DNA of 63,975 nucleotides from Simkaniaceae bacterium (GTDB lineage Bacteria; Chlamydiota; Chlamydiia; Chlamydiales; JAJFMI01): NCBI GenBank assembly GCA_040880145.1, contig JBBDIZ010000035.1, positions 1 to 63,975 of the forward strand, read 5' to 3'. Shown piece by piece: positions 1 to 10,262 of this stretch (position 1 is its first letter; each line of letters starts with the position of its first letter). The notes under the pieces were generated by a model. It saw only the letters and a program-made list of their open reading frames with translations, ran no database searches and was not told where the DNA came from. The position numbers and the translations under genes were made by a program.

Positions 1-119
1 TGTTGCATATCAACGAGTTACATTACTTCCAATTTTTTTTGTCCTGTACTGAGATAAAAGCTGTTGATCATTAAATCTTATTTTTATAAGGTTTGGAATA
101 ATCTGTTTTTGGAGTTAAA

Positions 120-1871
120 ATGTGTAGCCGTCTAAGAAAAAATAGTCAGTTAATTGGAATACTTGTCCTTTTATTTTCTCCTCTTTTTTGCGAAACAGAC
201 ACTCCTCAATCCCTTCCTGAAACCTTTTCCGGGGAGTTGGCAATTGTTCCTGAAGATATGCCGCGCCTTCCTGAATCCATTGATAATGAAGTGGTTTTGC
301 ATCCTGAACTTAAGGGCCTGGTTATTGTTTCCGATCCATCAGAAATGTTAACGGGAAGTGAGCTCGACTCCTTTGAAGGTTTTGAAACAAAAGGACTCTT
401 TATTCCTGGAAGAGAGACTGAATTAAAAAGAAAATTAGAACCTCTTTATGTACATCAGCCTTTGACTCGCGCTTCATTAAATGAGATTAAGTATACCATC
501 TCAAAATATTTCAGAGAGCATCACTATCCTTTAGTTGTTGTTGAGGTTCCTGAACAAGACATTACAGGCGGAGTTTTACAACTTATCGTGATTGAGGGAA
601 GGCTTGGAAAAATCGATGTGATTGGAAATGAATACGTTTCGAGTAAACGTTTAATCGACTATGTTTCTTTGCGCCCTTCTGAGCCAATTCAAGAAAACCG
701 TTTGATACGGGATATGAATTTCATTAATCGCAATCCCTTTAGACGTGTCGATGTGGTTTACTCTCCCGGAGAAGAGGTGGGAACAACAGATTTGACATTG
801 CGCGTTGCCGATCGTCGTCCTCTTAGGTTTTATGGAGGTCTTGAAAACACCGGAGTTCCAACGACTTCAAGGCAGCGGTATTTCGCAGGATTTAATTGGG
901 GCAATGCCTTTAATCTTGACCACATTATGGCGTATCAGTTCACATCCGCATATAATTCAGGCGAATTTTATGCGCATACATTGCAGTACATAGCTCCCTT
1001 ATCATGGCATCATATATTAAATATTTATGGGGGTTATTCACGCGTTCATGCTGATCTTCCCGTGCCTGAGATGCGTAATACAGGGCGCAGCTATCAAGCG
1101 TCAGCTCGATATGCCGTTCCACTTCCTCCTTCGCGTTACCTCTATCATGAATTTGTACTCGGCTATGATTGGAAGCGTACGAATAATACGATAGAATTTA
1201 GTGAACAAATCGTTAATGTCGGCGACAATGTCAATATTTCACAATTCATTTTTGGGTATACAGGTAACTATGAAAGGGCTAAATATCGTTTAGATTTTGG
1301 TTTGGATGTCACCTGGCAGCCCGGAAAGATGATGGGCGATCAAAGTAAAGCCGATTATGAAACTCTAAGGCCTGATGCGGGTAACGATTGGGTTTATGCG
1401 CTTGGACAGCTGTCCTATCTTCAAAGACTTTCTGAAAGTTGGTCGCTTTTTCTACAATTTAAGGGGCAGGCAACGTATCAAAATCTTCTTCCCAGTGAAC
1501 AATTCTACTTTGGTGGTTATGATACCGTTCGAGGATATGACCAACGTCAAGTCACTGTAGATAATGGAGTGATTCTATCCGGTGAGCTTCGCACACCTCC
1601 TTTTCGTTTGTTGAAAAATGTTAACTCGATGTATCAGGTCAAGGATGGCCTGCAGTTTTTGATCTTTTACGATTATGGATGGGGGATTGATCATACTGCG
1701 ATTCCTACAATTCCAAAAGCTCAATGGTTGATGGGTGTAGGGCCCGGGATTCGTTACACGATTGATTCTTGCCTTACAGCGCGCTTAGATTGGGGTTTTA
1801 AGCTCCATCATAAAGCGGCTTATGGAGGAGGAAACTCACAGGTGCATTTTGCAGTCACAGCAAGCTATTAA
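120..1871 (+). CDS. ShlB/FhaC/HecB-family outer-membrane transporter (TpsB component of two-partner secretion)
   Basis: 583-aa ORF with GGAG 5 nt upstream of the ATG. It has a signal-like N-terminus, a POTRA-like segment (LQLIVIEGRLGKIDVIGNEYVS) and a long beta-barrel-like C-terminal part ending in an aromatic residue (VTASY). Confidence 0.75.
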   Translation: MCSRLRKNSQLIGILVLLFSPLFCETDTPQSLPETFSGELAIVPEDMPRLPESIDNEVVLHPELKGLVIVSDPSEMLTGSELDSFEGFETKGLFIPGRETELKRKLEPLYVHQPLTRASLNEIKYTISKYFREHHYPLVVVEVPEQDITGGVLQLIVIEGRLGKIDVIGNEYVSSKRLIDYVSLRPSEPIQENRLIRDMNFINRNPFRRVDVVYSPGEEVGTTDLTLRVADRRPLRFYGGLENTGVPTTSRQRYFAGFNWGNAFNLDHIMAYQFTSAYNSGEFYAHTLQYIAPLSWHHILNIYGGYSRVHADLPVPEMRNTGRSYQASARYAVPLPPSRYLYHEFVLGYDWKRTNNTIEFSEQIVNVGDNVNISQFIFGYTGNYERAKYRLDFGLDVTWQPGKMMGDQSKADYETLRPDAGNDWVYALGQLSYLQRLSESWSLFLQFKGQATYQNLLPSEQFYFGGYDTVRGYDQRQVTVDNGVILSGELRTPPFRLLKNVNSMYQVKDGLQFLIFYDYGWGIDHTAIPTIPKAQWLMGVGPGIRYTIDSCLTARLDWGFKLHHKAAYGGGNSQVHFAVTASY

Positions 1872-1908
1872 ACACCCTTGGAAAATTCGCTTTATTGTAG
1901 GGCTTGTC

Positions 1909-2379
1909 ATGATATTACTGGCCCTTGTTGGGTTGATAATTTCAACCCTTCGTCAAGATGGGGCATGGCAATATTGGCGTATTATGGTCCCTGTTTTTGC
2001 CCTGATTTGTCTTTTTTTTAGTTGGTACTTAAGAAGAGAAAAAGAAAGTGTATCATTAGTGAAAGTATGGCATGAAATTCTTCATTGGATAGGATTAATG
2101 CTTGCTGTCTTATTAGTTTCGGTTTTTGTAAGCCATGGAATCATGAGTCGCTTTGGAGCTTCGCTTCAGGTTTTAACCCTTCTTTCATTTTCACTTTTTT
2201 TAGCTGGTGTCTATATCGAAACAAGCTTTATGCCCATAGGCATATTGCTTGGATTTTTTGCCGCAGGAGCAGGAATCATTGCTGAATATCTCTATACAGT
2301 CATGATCCCTCTAACGATTGCAGCCATTATTATTCTTTTTTTCGTCGTTAAGAAGAGGATAAAGTCGATTGAACCTTAA
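1909..2379 (+). CDS. hypothetical integral membrane protein (about 4-5 TM segments)
   Basis: The ORF track gives 1822..2379, but its first 50 nt overlap the TpsB gene. The internal ATG at 1909 (MILLALVGL) starts the hydrophobic part. No recognisable family. The last codons and stop lie inside the repeat at 2363-2528. Confidence 0.5.
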   Translation: MILLALVGLIISTLRQDGAWQYWRIMVPVFALICLFFSWYLRREKESVSLVKVWHEILHWIGLMLAVLLVSVFVSHGIMSRFGASLQVLTLLSFSLFLAGVYIETSFMPIGILLGFFAAGAGIIAEYLYTVMIPLTIAAIIILFFVVKKRIKSIEP

Positions 2380-2528
2380 ATGATAAAAATGGACTCAGCG
2401 AGACAAAGCTAAATTGAACCGTAGGGCTCCGACCGACGAAGCCTTGCCCGAGTGGGCAAGCTGAGGAGAAGGATCAATTTAGCAAAGTCGCAGCAAGTCC
2501 ATTTTTATCATTTAAGATTCAATCGACT
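2363..2528. mobile_element. 166-bp palindromic MITE-like element (family B) with 33-nt terminal inverted repeats
   Basis: Left end AGTCGATTGAACCTTAAATGATAAAAATGGACT matches the reverse complement of the right end (AGTCGATTGAATCTTAAATGATAAAAATGGACT) with 1 mismatch. The centre is the hairpin CTTGCCCGAGTGGGCAAG. Related copies lie at 35153-35243 and 40791-40818. Confidence 0.8.
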
Positions 2529-3192
2529 ATAAGGCCTTCTCCTCCAAAAGAGTGATAATCGTTGTTGGTGTATTTGGGCCTTTATTGCCTCGATACATTA
2601 ACAGATTACCGCTTACCGTATCAAACCATGCATGGGCGGTCCAAAACATGCTTTTGAAGCCTTGCAATGTAATTTTGATCTTCTGAGCTTTATAAGTCTG
2701 AGCATTTAAGGTGATTAATTCAATACGTTCTTTTTTGGCGACGAGCGCATTTAAAGTAAAATCTTTAGGGTTAATAATTGAAAATTTATAAGAGCGGTAT
2801 TCAGACTGAACAAATGGCCTCAAACCGAATCCAAATTCCTGAACCCAAGCTGAATTTCCAATTTTGAAATTCTTCTCTATCTTGCGATCGCCAAAAAGAC
2901 TGGTTACATAAAGCGATGAGCCTTTTCTTTGACAGGTATACTCTTGAGGGATCTCGCCTTTTTTATTTACATATTTTATTTTATCGATCACGAACTCATC
3001 TGAACACCGGATAGTGATCAAAGATTTTGAATTCTGGCCTTCTAGGAGAAGTTCATCCCCCTTTTTTTCTTCATACCAGAGTGTTTGAATCTGCTGACCA
3101 TTTACACTCTCCTCGTAGATCCACTTAGGGGGTTCTTTGGCACTTAAGGAAAAGGCAGCCAAAGTACCAAAAAGAATAGCTTTCACAATCAA
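2527..3192 (-). CDS. hypothetical exported protein
   Basis: 221-aa ORF with a signal-peptide-like N-terminus (MIVKAILFGTLAAFSLSAKE). No family recognised by eye. Confidence 0.55.
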   Translation of the reverse strand: MIVKAILFGTLAAFSLSAKEPPKWIYEESVNGQQIQTLWYEEKKGDELLLEGQNSKSLITIRCSDEFVIDKIKYVNKKGEIPQEYTCQRKGSSLYVTSLFGDRKIEKNFKIGNSAWVQEFGFGLRPFVQSEYRSYKFSIINPKDFTLNALVAKKERIELITLNAQTYKAQKIKITLQGFKSMFWTAHAWFDTVSGNLLMYRGNKGPNTPTTIITLLEEKAL

Positions 3193-3236
3193 CCTCTATT
3201 TTTGCAAAAATTCCCTTATAGCAAAAAGCTTATTTT

Positions 3237-3839
3237 TCAAATAGAACCTGAACAAGCATGGGCTCTCTCCTTTGCTCCTTTTACATGTTTGTCATAGCAA
3301 TAGTAGCAAGCAGGATGATATTTTTCTTCAGCACCTAAGTCAACTGTCGGTCCATCAAGTGTGGCCTTTCCTCCAATAAACTTCAAATTCATGGTCGCTT
3401 TTTTATTGCAGTAGTAACAAGTTGACTTGACCTCTTCGATGGAATCAGCAAGTTCCATGAGTCGTTTAGATCCTGGAAAGAGCTGTGAGCGGAAATCAGT
3501 CCTTAATCCATAGCAGATAACAGGAATATGTTTTGATAAGGTTAGTAAGCGTAATTCATCAATGATTTTAGGAGAGAGGAACTGTGCTTCATCTACAAGA
3601 ACACAAGAGACCCCCTCGAACTCAAATTCTTCAAGTTTTGTATTTTCCTTGATTAAGATATCCGCCTGTTTTTGAAGGCCTGCTCGAGATTCAATGATTT
3701 CTTTCCCAAAACGGTTATCGAGCTCAGGTTTCATTAAAATGACTTTTTTCCCTTGCTGTTTATAGTTATGAGCAACCGCTAAAAGATTAAGTGTTTTAGC
3801 ACTTCCCATTGCTCCGTGACGAAAATAAAGTTTAGCCAT
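3237..3839 (-). CDS. tdk: thymidine kinase
   Basis: P-loop GAMGSAKT near the N-terminus, VDEAQFL, and C-terminal Cys pairs (CYYCNKKA, PACYYCY) typical of type II thymidine kinases. Confidence 0.9.
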   Translation of the reverse strand: MAKLYFRHGAMGSAKTLNLLAVAHNYKQQGKKVILMKPELDNRFGKEIIESRAGLQKQADILIKENTKLEEFEFEGVSCVLVDEAQFLSPKIIDELRLLTLSKHIPVICYGLRTDFRSQLFPGSKRLMELADSIEEVKSTCYYCNKKATMNLKFIGGKATLDGPTVDLGAEEKYHPACYYCYDKHVKGAKERAHACSGSI

Positions 3840-3851
3840 AAAATTCCTCCT

Positions 3852-4769
3852 TTATCCAAAGATTTCCGGCCAGTAGACACTACCCAAAATAAGTCCGGCG
3901 ACGCATAGCATTTGAGGTGCCCAATTAATTTTTTCTTTATAGAGTTGACGCCCCCAAAGATTTGTAATTTGGATCACTGTAATTGAAAAGAGGGGAAAGA
4001 TAAGCGCATTTTCAAAAGGGGAGGCTTTTTCGGTTGATAAAATCATAAAAAACATCGATGAACCGTTTGCAACCCCTCCTAAAAGACCATAAATTAAAGT
4101 GGAGAGAGAAAAGCGTAAATTGGGTTCACTTTTGACATTAAAAAGCTGAATCAACGTAGCGCCTAAAAAAATCGCGGGCATAAACCAAGCGTTATGCAAA
4201 GGTGAGATCTTGAAGGGAAGAAGGGGAGAGGCGCCTCCATGGCTCTCTAATAAAATACGCCACTGAGTCATAGCCGAAAATAGCACAAAGGCGATAGAAG
4301 ATAATCCGATAAAGAAGATCCACTTGAATTTGTTTCGGCAAGAAATAGCTGCCCAAGAGCTCCAAAAAATACCTATGATGACAATGCAAGACCCCATCCC
4401 GTTCCACCAATGGTAGGGATGGTTAAATTGTTTGCCAAAGAGAAAAGCCATTAAAACAGAAGGCAGGACCGAGCAGGAGTTTAGCACCGCAAATGTCAAA
4501 GCCGGCGTTCCCCATTTAAGGGATTTGCCTAAAAATGACATCATAAATCCCAAGATGACTCCCATGCCAAGACCTAAAAAAATGATGGGAACGTTAACGC
4601 CAAAATCAGAGAGCCGAACCGGGTTTAAAACGATGGCAATCAAAAATGAGATAAAGAGTTGTATGGGAACGTAAATGTTGGTGGAACCTCCCGTGTCAAC
4701 ACTCCGTCTCATGCATAGGTTTTGCATGGCTGCTAAAAAACCGGACATCAAAATAAAATACAGCGTCAT
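3852..4769 (-). CDS. polytopic membrane protein, possibly DMT/EamA-like transporter
   Basis: 305 aa with about 10 hydrophobic segments. The family call is tentative. Confidence 0.45.
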   Translation of the reverse strand: MTLYFILMSGFLAAMQNLCMRRSVDTGGSTNIYVPIQLFISFLIAIVLNPVRLSDFGVNVPIIFLGLGMGVILGFMMSFLGKSLKWGTPALTFAVLNSCSVLPSVLMAFLFGKQFNHPYHWWNGMGSCIVIIGIFWSSWAAISCRNKFKWIFFIGLSSIAFVLFSAMTQWRILLESHGGASPLLPFKISPLHNAWFMPAIFLGATLIQLFNVKSEPNLRFSLSTLIYGLLGGVANGSSMFFMILSTEKASPFENALIFPLFSITVIQITNLWGRQLYKEKINWAPQMLCVAGLILGSVYWPEIFG

Positions 4770-4823
4770 AAAATCTCCACATTTTGCTGGCTTTTCATGA
4801 AAGAATAATTTATTTAGGGAAAT

Positions 4824-5399
4824 ATGGGAAAGATTTTTATGCGCGGCTTAATTGCGATTGCTCCTATTGCCATCACGATTGCTATTTTTATTTGGCTATT
4901 TACCCTTTTAGAGAATGTCTTCGGCTCTCTTATCAAGGATGTTATCGGGCCAAGCTACTATTTCCCAGGTCTTGGAATTTTAATTACGCTCGTCTTGATT
5001 TTTTGTGTGGGCTTGATCATAAACACATTTGTTATTCAAAAATTCTACAATTTTGGCGAAAAACTCCTGCAAAAAATTCCTCTTGTAAAGACTCTCTACG
5101 GTTCTATCACTGACCTAATGAGTTTTTTTCACACAAAGAATCCTACTCAAAAGGAGCGTGTTGTTTCCATTTTCTTCAGTGGTACAAAGTTAATCGGGCT
5201 CGTTACTAGAGAATCTTTTGAAGGGCTTGTTGAAGGAATTGGGGGTGAAGATGAGATTGCCGTTTTTCTTCCAATGAGCTACCAAATTGGGGGGTATACC
5301 GTCATTGTACCCCGATCAAGCGTGAAGCCAATCCAAATGAGCATTGAAGAAGCGATGCGTTTTGTTGTGACAGCAGGAGCTCCGGGAAAAAAGAAATAG
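4824..5399 (+). CDS. DUF502-family membrane protein
   Basis: Two N-terminal TM segments followed by a soluble domain. The layout and the motifs IPLVKTLY and LPMSYQIGGYTVIVP resemble DUF502 proteins. Confidence 0.6.
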   Translation: MGKIFMRGLIAIAPIAITIAIFIWLFTLLENVFGSLIKDVIGPSYYFPGLGILITLVLIFCVGLIINTFVIQKFYNFGEKLLQKIPLVKTLYGSITDLMSFFHTKNPTQKERVVSIFFSGTKLIGLVTRESFEGLVEGIGGEDEIAVFLPMSYQIGGYTVIVPRSSVKPIQMSIEEAMRFVVTAGAPGKKK

Positions 5400-5416
5400 A
5401 GGCTCTATCTATCAAT

Positions 5417-5439
5417 ACACCGAAACAACTTCAAGATTT
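5417..5439. repeat. half copy of palindromic repeat family C
   Basis: ACACCGAAACAACTTCAAGATTT matches one arm of the palindromes at 13105-13177 and 40877-40945. Confidence 0.7.
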
Positions 5440-5535
5440 AAGAAATAGCCGGATGGTCAGTTTTTTCTTTTCATTAAAAATCTAATATCTCAATCTAGTA
5501 CTCAAATTAAAACAAAAAAACTAGGGTCTGATTCT

Positions 5536-6642
5536 ATGGGGCATTTACCCAAATTTTTTCAGTGGATGATTATGAGTATTGGCTTTCCGGCTGTTTGCCT
5601 TTATCACACGATCATGTGGAATCCTTTTCTTAATATTTCGACTCATGACGCTTCAATAATTGAAGAAGTAGGGAACCAGCTCCTTTCGCCGCTGCACTAC
5701 CTGTGTGTTGGAAAAGAAGCCATTGAATCGAATGATCCGGATCTTCCCTATAGATTGATTCAAAAATATGATTATCGAGATCATTTTGTAGTGAATACAA
5801 CCGGCGCTGTCATTTCTCTTCCATTTTCTTTGCCAATTGGCTCATTTGTGAAAGGCATTTCTTACCTCTTTGAGGGAACTCGAGAGAGACACCGAAAAGT
5901 TGTGCAATCTCTCCAGTCAACGAAAATTGATTCGGACAAGGAATATTATCAAAAGATAGGTCTTGATTTTCGAAACCTTGAGGGAGCTATTTGGCTTAAA
6001 TCTCAAAATTTTACACGACAGGAGGGTGCTGAAGAGCACCTTCAAGAGGCGAAGATTGCCTTAGGGAAGATATCAAAAATCCTTCGCACACATAATATTC
6101 CCCACTGGGTCGATTTGGGAACTTGTCTCGGTACGTATCGATATGGAGGCGTTATTCCTTGGGATTATGATATCGATATGGGGATTCTTTCCAAAGACTT
6201 TGATAATGCTCTACAGGCATTAAGAAAACTCGATCCCAAAAAATATCAGGTTCAAGATTGGTCATCGCGCTACCGAAAGGCTCCTTTATTAAAAGTGTAT
6301 TTAAGAAAGACAAAACAATTAATCGATATATTTAACTATGCTATTGATGAGGAAAAAAAAGAGATTCAGATGATTGTTGCCAATGAAGATAGCCGCTTTC
6401 TTTCAGATAAGTGGCAAGAGCATGAAAGAGCTTACACTAAGTCGATCTCATTTGATGATATTTTTCCTTTAAAGCTTGCAGAATTTGATGGAATCGAGGT
6501 TCCGGTTCCCAATCATACTAAACGCTATTTACAAAGCAAATATGGGGAAAATATTGAACCTGCGCGCATTTACGACAAGAAAACAAGGAAATATGAAAAA
6601 GATCTCTCTCATCCCTACTGGCAGCGGGCTAATGTGTATTAA
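5536..6642 (+). CDS. LicD-family (phosphocholine/nucleotidyl-transferase-like) protein with N-terminal membrane segment
   Basis: WVDLGTCLGTYRYGGVIPWDYDIDMGI matches the LicD signature (GT.LGA.R..GFIPWDDDIDI). Confidence 0.6.
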   Translation: MGHLPKFFQWMIMSIGFPAVCLYHTIMWNPFLNISTHDASIIEEVGNQLLSPLHYLCVGKEAIESNDPDLPYRLIQKYDYRDHFVVNTTGAVISLPFSLPIGSFVKGISYLFEGTRERHRKVVQSLQSTKIDSDKEYYQKIGLDFRNLEGAIWLKSQNFTRQEGAEEHLQEAKIALGKISKILRTHNIPHWVDLGTCLGTYRYGGVIPWDYDIDMGILSKDFDNALQALRKLDPKKYQVQDWSSRYRKAPLLKVYLRKTKQLIDIFNYAIDEEKKEIQMIVANEDSRFLSDKWQEHERAYTKSISFDDIFPLKLAEFDGIEVPVPNHTKRYLQSKYGENIEPARIYDKKTRKYEKDLSHPYWQRANVY

Positions 6643-6647
6643 TAGAT

Positions 6648-6687
6648 ATCTTGCATAACCCCAATCCCTTGCCCCTGCCCTTGCCCG
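6648..6687. repeat. left arm of the inverted repeat enclosing the four-helix-bundle gene (C-rich hexamer repeats)
   Basis: ATCTTGCATAACCCCAATCCCTTGCCCCTGCCCTTGCCCG is the reverse complement of 7250-7295, apart from one extra hexamer unit and one mismatch. Confidence 0.85.
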
Positions 6688-6757
6688 ATTAGTGTTTTTT
6701 TTGAGCCATTTTCACTAGCATGGACACTATACTAATCAGCAGCTCACGGCCTTTGAC

Positions 6758-7003
6758 CTATCGTTCTTCATTCACAAGTTGTAATCGTTGACACACATCC
6801 AAAATTCCTGCGCATTCTGTAGCAGATCGTTTGGCCATCCGATAAAATCGAGCTTTTTCATCGACGGAATATTCTCCTGCTCCCTCTGCAATATTCAATG
6901 ATATTGATAAACCCGCACGCTGAAGCTGATCGCTTAAATAAGCTCTACCCCTAGGTAAATGTTCTATTATAACATCCGCTAGTATGACAAATTCTATTGC
7001 CAC
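6758..7003 (-). CDS. four-helix-bundle protein of the 23S rRNA intervening-sequence protein family (TIGR02436-like), N-terminus uncertain
   Basis: SISLNIAEGAGEYSVDEKARFYRMAKRSATECAGILDV is family-typical. The frame stays open upstream to 7075, and family-like residues (HEKLTVYQ) precede the only canonical start (GTG at 7003). It is therefore either ATT/ATA-initiated or 5'-truncated. Confidence 0.7.
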   Translation of the reverse strand: MAIEFVILADVIIEHLPRGRAYLSDQLQRAGLSISLNIAEGAGEYSVDEKARFYRMAKRSATECAGILDVCQRLQLVNEER

Positions 7004-7249
7004 TTGGTATACGGTTAATTTCTCATGGTCTAAAAGAATTCGTTTCTGTACAGAAGGAACGGCTATTGTCCTATTTTAACTCCCAATTTTGAATCCCTGC
7101 GATCAGGTTGAATCGCAATCCAAATCTTTTTCTTCTGTTACGATATTTATCACTCAAAATTTTAAATCGTTATAGATGACCAATAGATTTGAGAAACAGA
7201 TCTTTATATTAAAAAATAGTATTGTGTGCCAGAACTTTTTCAAACTTTT

Positions 7250-7295
7250 CGGGCAAGGGCAAGGGCAGGGGCAGGGAATTGGGGTTATGCAAGAT
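7250..7295. repeat. right arm of the inverted repeat (G-rich hexamer repeats, G-quadruplex-capable)
   Basis: CGGGCAAGGGCAAGGGCAGGGGCAGGGAATTGGGGTTATGCAAGAT. Confidence 0.85.
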
Positions 7296-7356
7296 GTCTA
7301 GTGATTATGTAGACAAGCAGAAAAAAACCAAAGAATTAAAATATTTTGTTTGTCTA

Positions 7357-7383
7357 TTAGCACTCTTTTTCTTTATTTGCTAA
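7357..7383 (+). promoter_or_regulatory. degenerate CIRCE (HrcA operator) upstream of groES
   Basis: The site reads TTAGCACTC-N9-ATTTGCTAA against the consensus TTAGCACTC-N9-GAGTGCTAA. The left arm is perfect and the right arm matches 6/9. It lies ~70 nt upstream of groES. Confidence 0.6.
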
Positions 7384-7455
7384 ATTAATTGCCAAAAAAT
7401 CCCATATCCTCTAATATGTTTAATAGAAAACAGAAAAATTTGGAGGCTGTTGATT

Positions 7456-7770
7456 ATGTCACAAAAAATGGAAAAGAAAATTTCAATTCGACCCCTTGCC
7501 GATCGTGTCATCGTCAAAAGGAAAGAAGCTGAAGAGACCCTCAAAGGGGGTATCATCCTTCCCGATTCTGCGAAAAAAAAGCAGGAATCAGCGACAGTTA
7601 TCGCTATAGGACCTGGAAAAACAACTAAAGACGGCTCTTTAATCCCTATGCCCGTTAAAGTGGGCGACACGATTTTAATGGATAAATACTCAGGTCAAGA
7701 AGTGACCTTTGAAGAAGAAGAGTACATCATTGTTAAAGCCGACGATATCGTCGCAATCATTGAAGAATAA
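7456..7770 (+). CDS. groES: co-chaperonin GroES
   Basis: IRPLADRVIVKR, GGIILPDSAKKK and GDTILMDKYSGQEV. GGAGG lies 9 nt upstream of the ATG at 7456. The ORF track starts at a TTG at 7450. Confidence 0.93.
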   Translation: MSQKMEKKISIRPLADRVIVKRKEAEETLKGGIILPDSAKKKQESATVIAIGPGKTTKDGSLIPMPVKVGDTILMDKYSGQEVTFEEEEYIIVKADDIVAIIEE

Positions 7771-7773
7771 TAA

Positions 7774-9426
<1,653 letters not shown>

Positions 9427-9454
9427 AAGTCATTAGTTCATAAGACTTTTAATT

Positions 9455-9492
9455 AAAAAGGCTTTTTTCTTTTGAAAAAAGCCTTTTTTATT
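9455..9492 (+). terminator. rho-independent terminator after groEL
   Basis: Hairpin AAAAAGGCTTTTTT / AAAAAAGCCTTTTT followed by a T-rich run. A second small hairpin lies at 9425-9450. Confidence 0.7.
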
Positions 9493-9506
9493 TATTTAGT
9501 AAGGTA

Positions 9507-10262
9507 ATGAAGAAACTACTCTATTTTATTCTCACCCTCCTAATCATCGCACTTCTAATCACTGGAATCGTCGGAAGCTTTCTCTATATCAATCGTGTAT
9601 CGATCCTATCCAATTATCTTTCTCAAAAAATGAGCACTGAAGTGAGCATTGATAAAATCAATGTTGAGTCAGGAAAAATCACCATTGAAAAGGTCAAAAT
9701 AGCCAATCCAAGTGGTTATACCCTATCAACGGCATTAGAAGTGGAGACGATTATCTTCAAAGCGCCCTTCTCCCAATACTTCAAGCGTCACATCGTCTTA
9801 GACGAAGTGAGTCTTCAGAAGATTTACATAGGAATCGAATTTAAAAACAAAGCACTTACTGAAGGGAACTGGACCGTATTAATCTCGAATCTCGACACGA
9901 ATTTCACTACAACCAAGCCAAAAGAAGAGCACAAGGTAAAGAAAAATTTCAGAACTTCGAGAACAGTTTTCATTAAAAAGCTGTTATTTTTAGAGACTTA
10001 TGTCGATCTCATGCTCTATGACGACAAGACCCCTCGAAAACTCTCACCCATTGAGAAAATTGAAATCGATAATGTCAGCTCAGAGGAAGGGATTCCAACA
10101 GAAGAAATCACAGAGGTCATTGTCCACAAGCTAATGGAGCAAATCACAAGTTTGAAAGGAATTACGAACATGATACTCAAAGTTCCTGGAAAAGCCGTTA
10201 AAACCGTAATCGCACCCTTTTCGATATTTTTTGGTGGAAGCAAAAAATCCAACTCCGATTAA
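9507..10262 (+). CDS. hypothetical membrane-anchored protein
   Basis: 251 aa with a single N-terminal TM segment (LLYFILTLLIIALLITGIVGSFLYI). No clear family. Confidence 0.5.
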   Translation: MKKLLYFILTLLIIALLITGIVGSFLYINRVSILSNYLSQKMSTEVSIDKINVESGKITIEKVKIANPSGYTLSTALEVETIIFKAPFSQYFKRHIVLDEVSLQKIYIGIEFKNKALTEGNWTVLISNLDTNFTTTKPKEEHKVKKNFRTSRTVFIKKLLFLETYVDLMLYDDKTPRKLSPIEKIEIDNVSSEEGIPTEEITEVIVHKLMEQITSLKGITNMILKVPGKAVKTVIAPFSIFFGGSKKSNSD

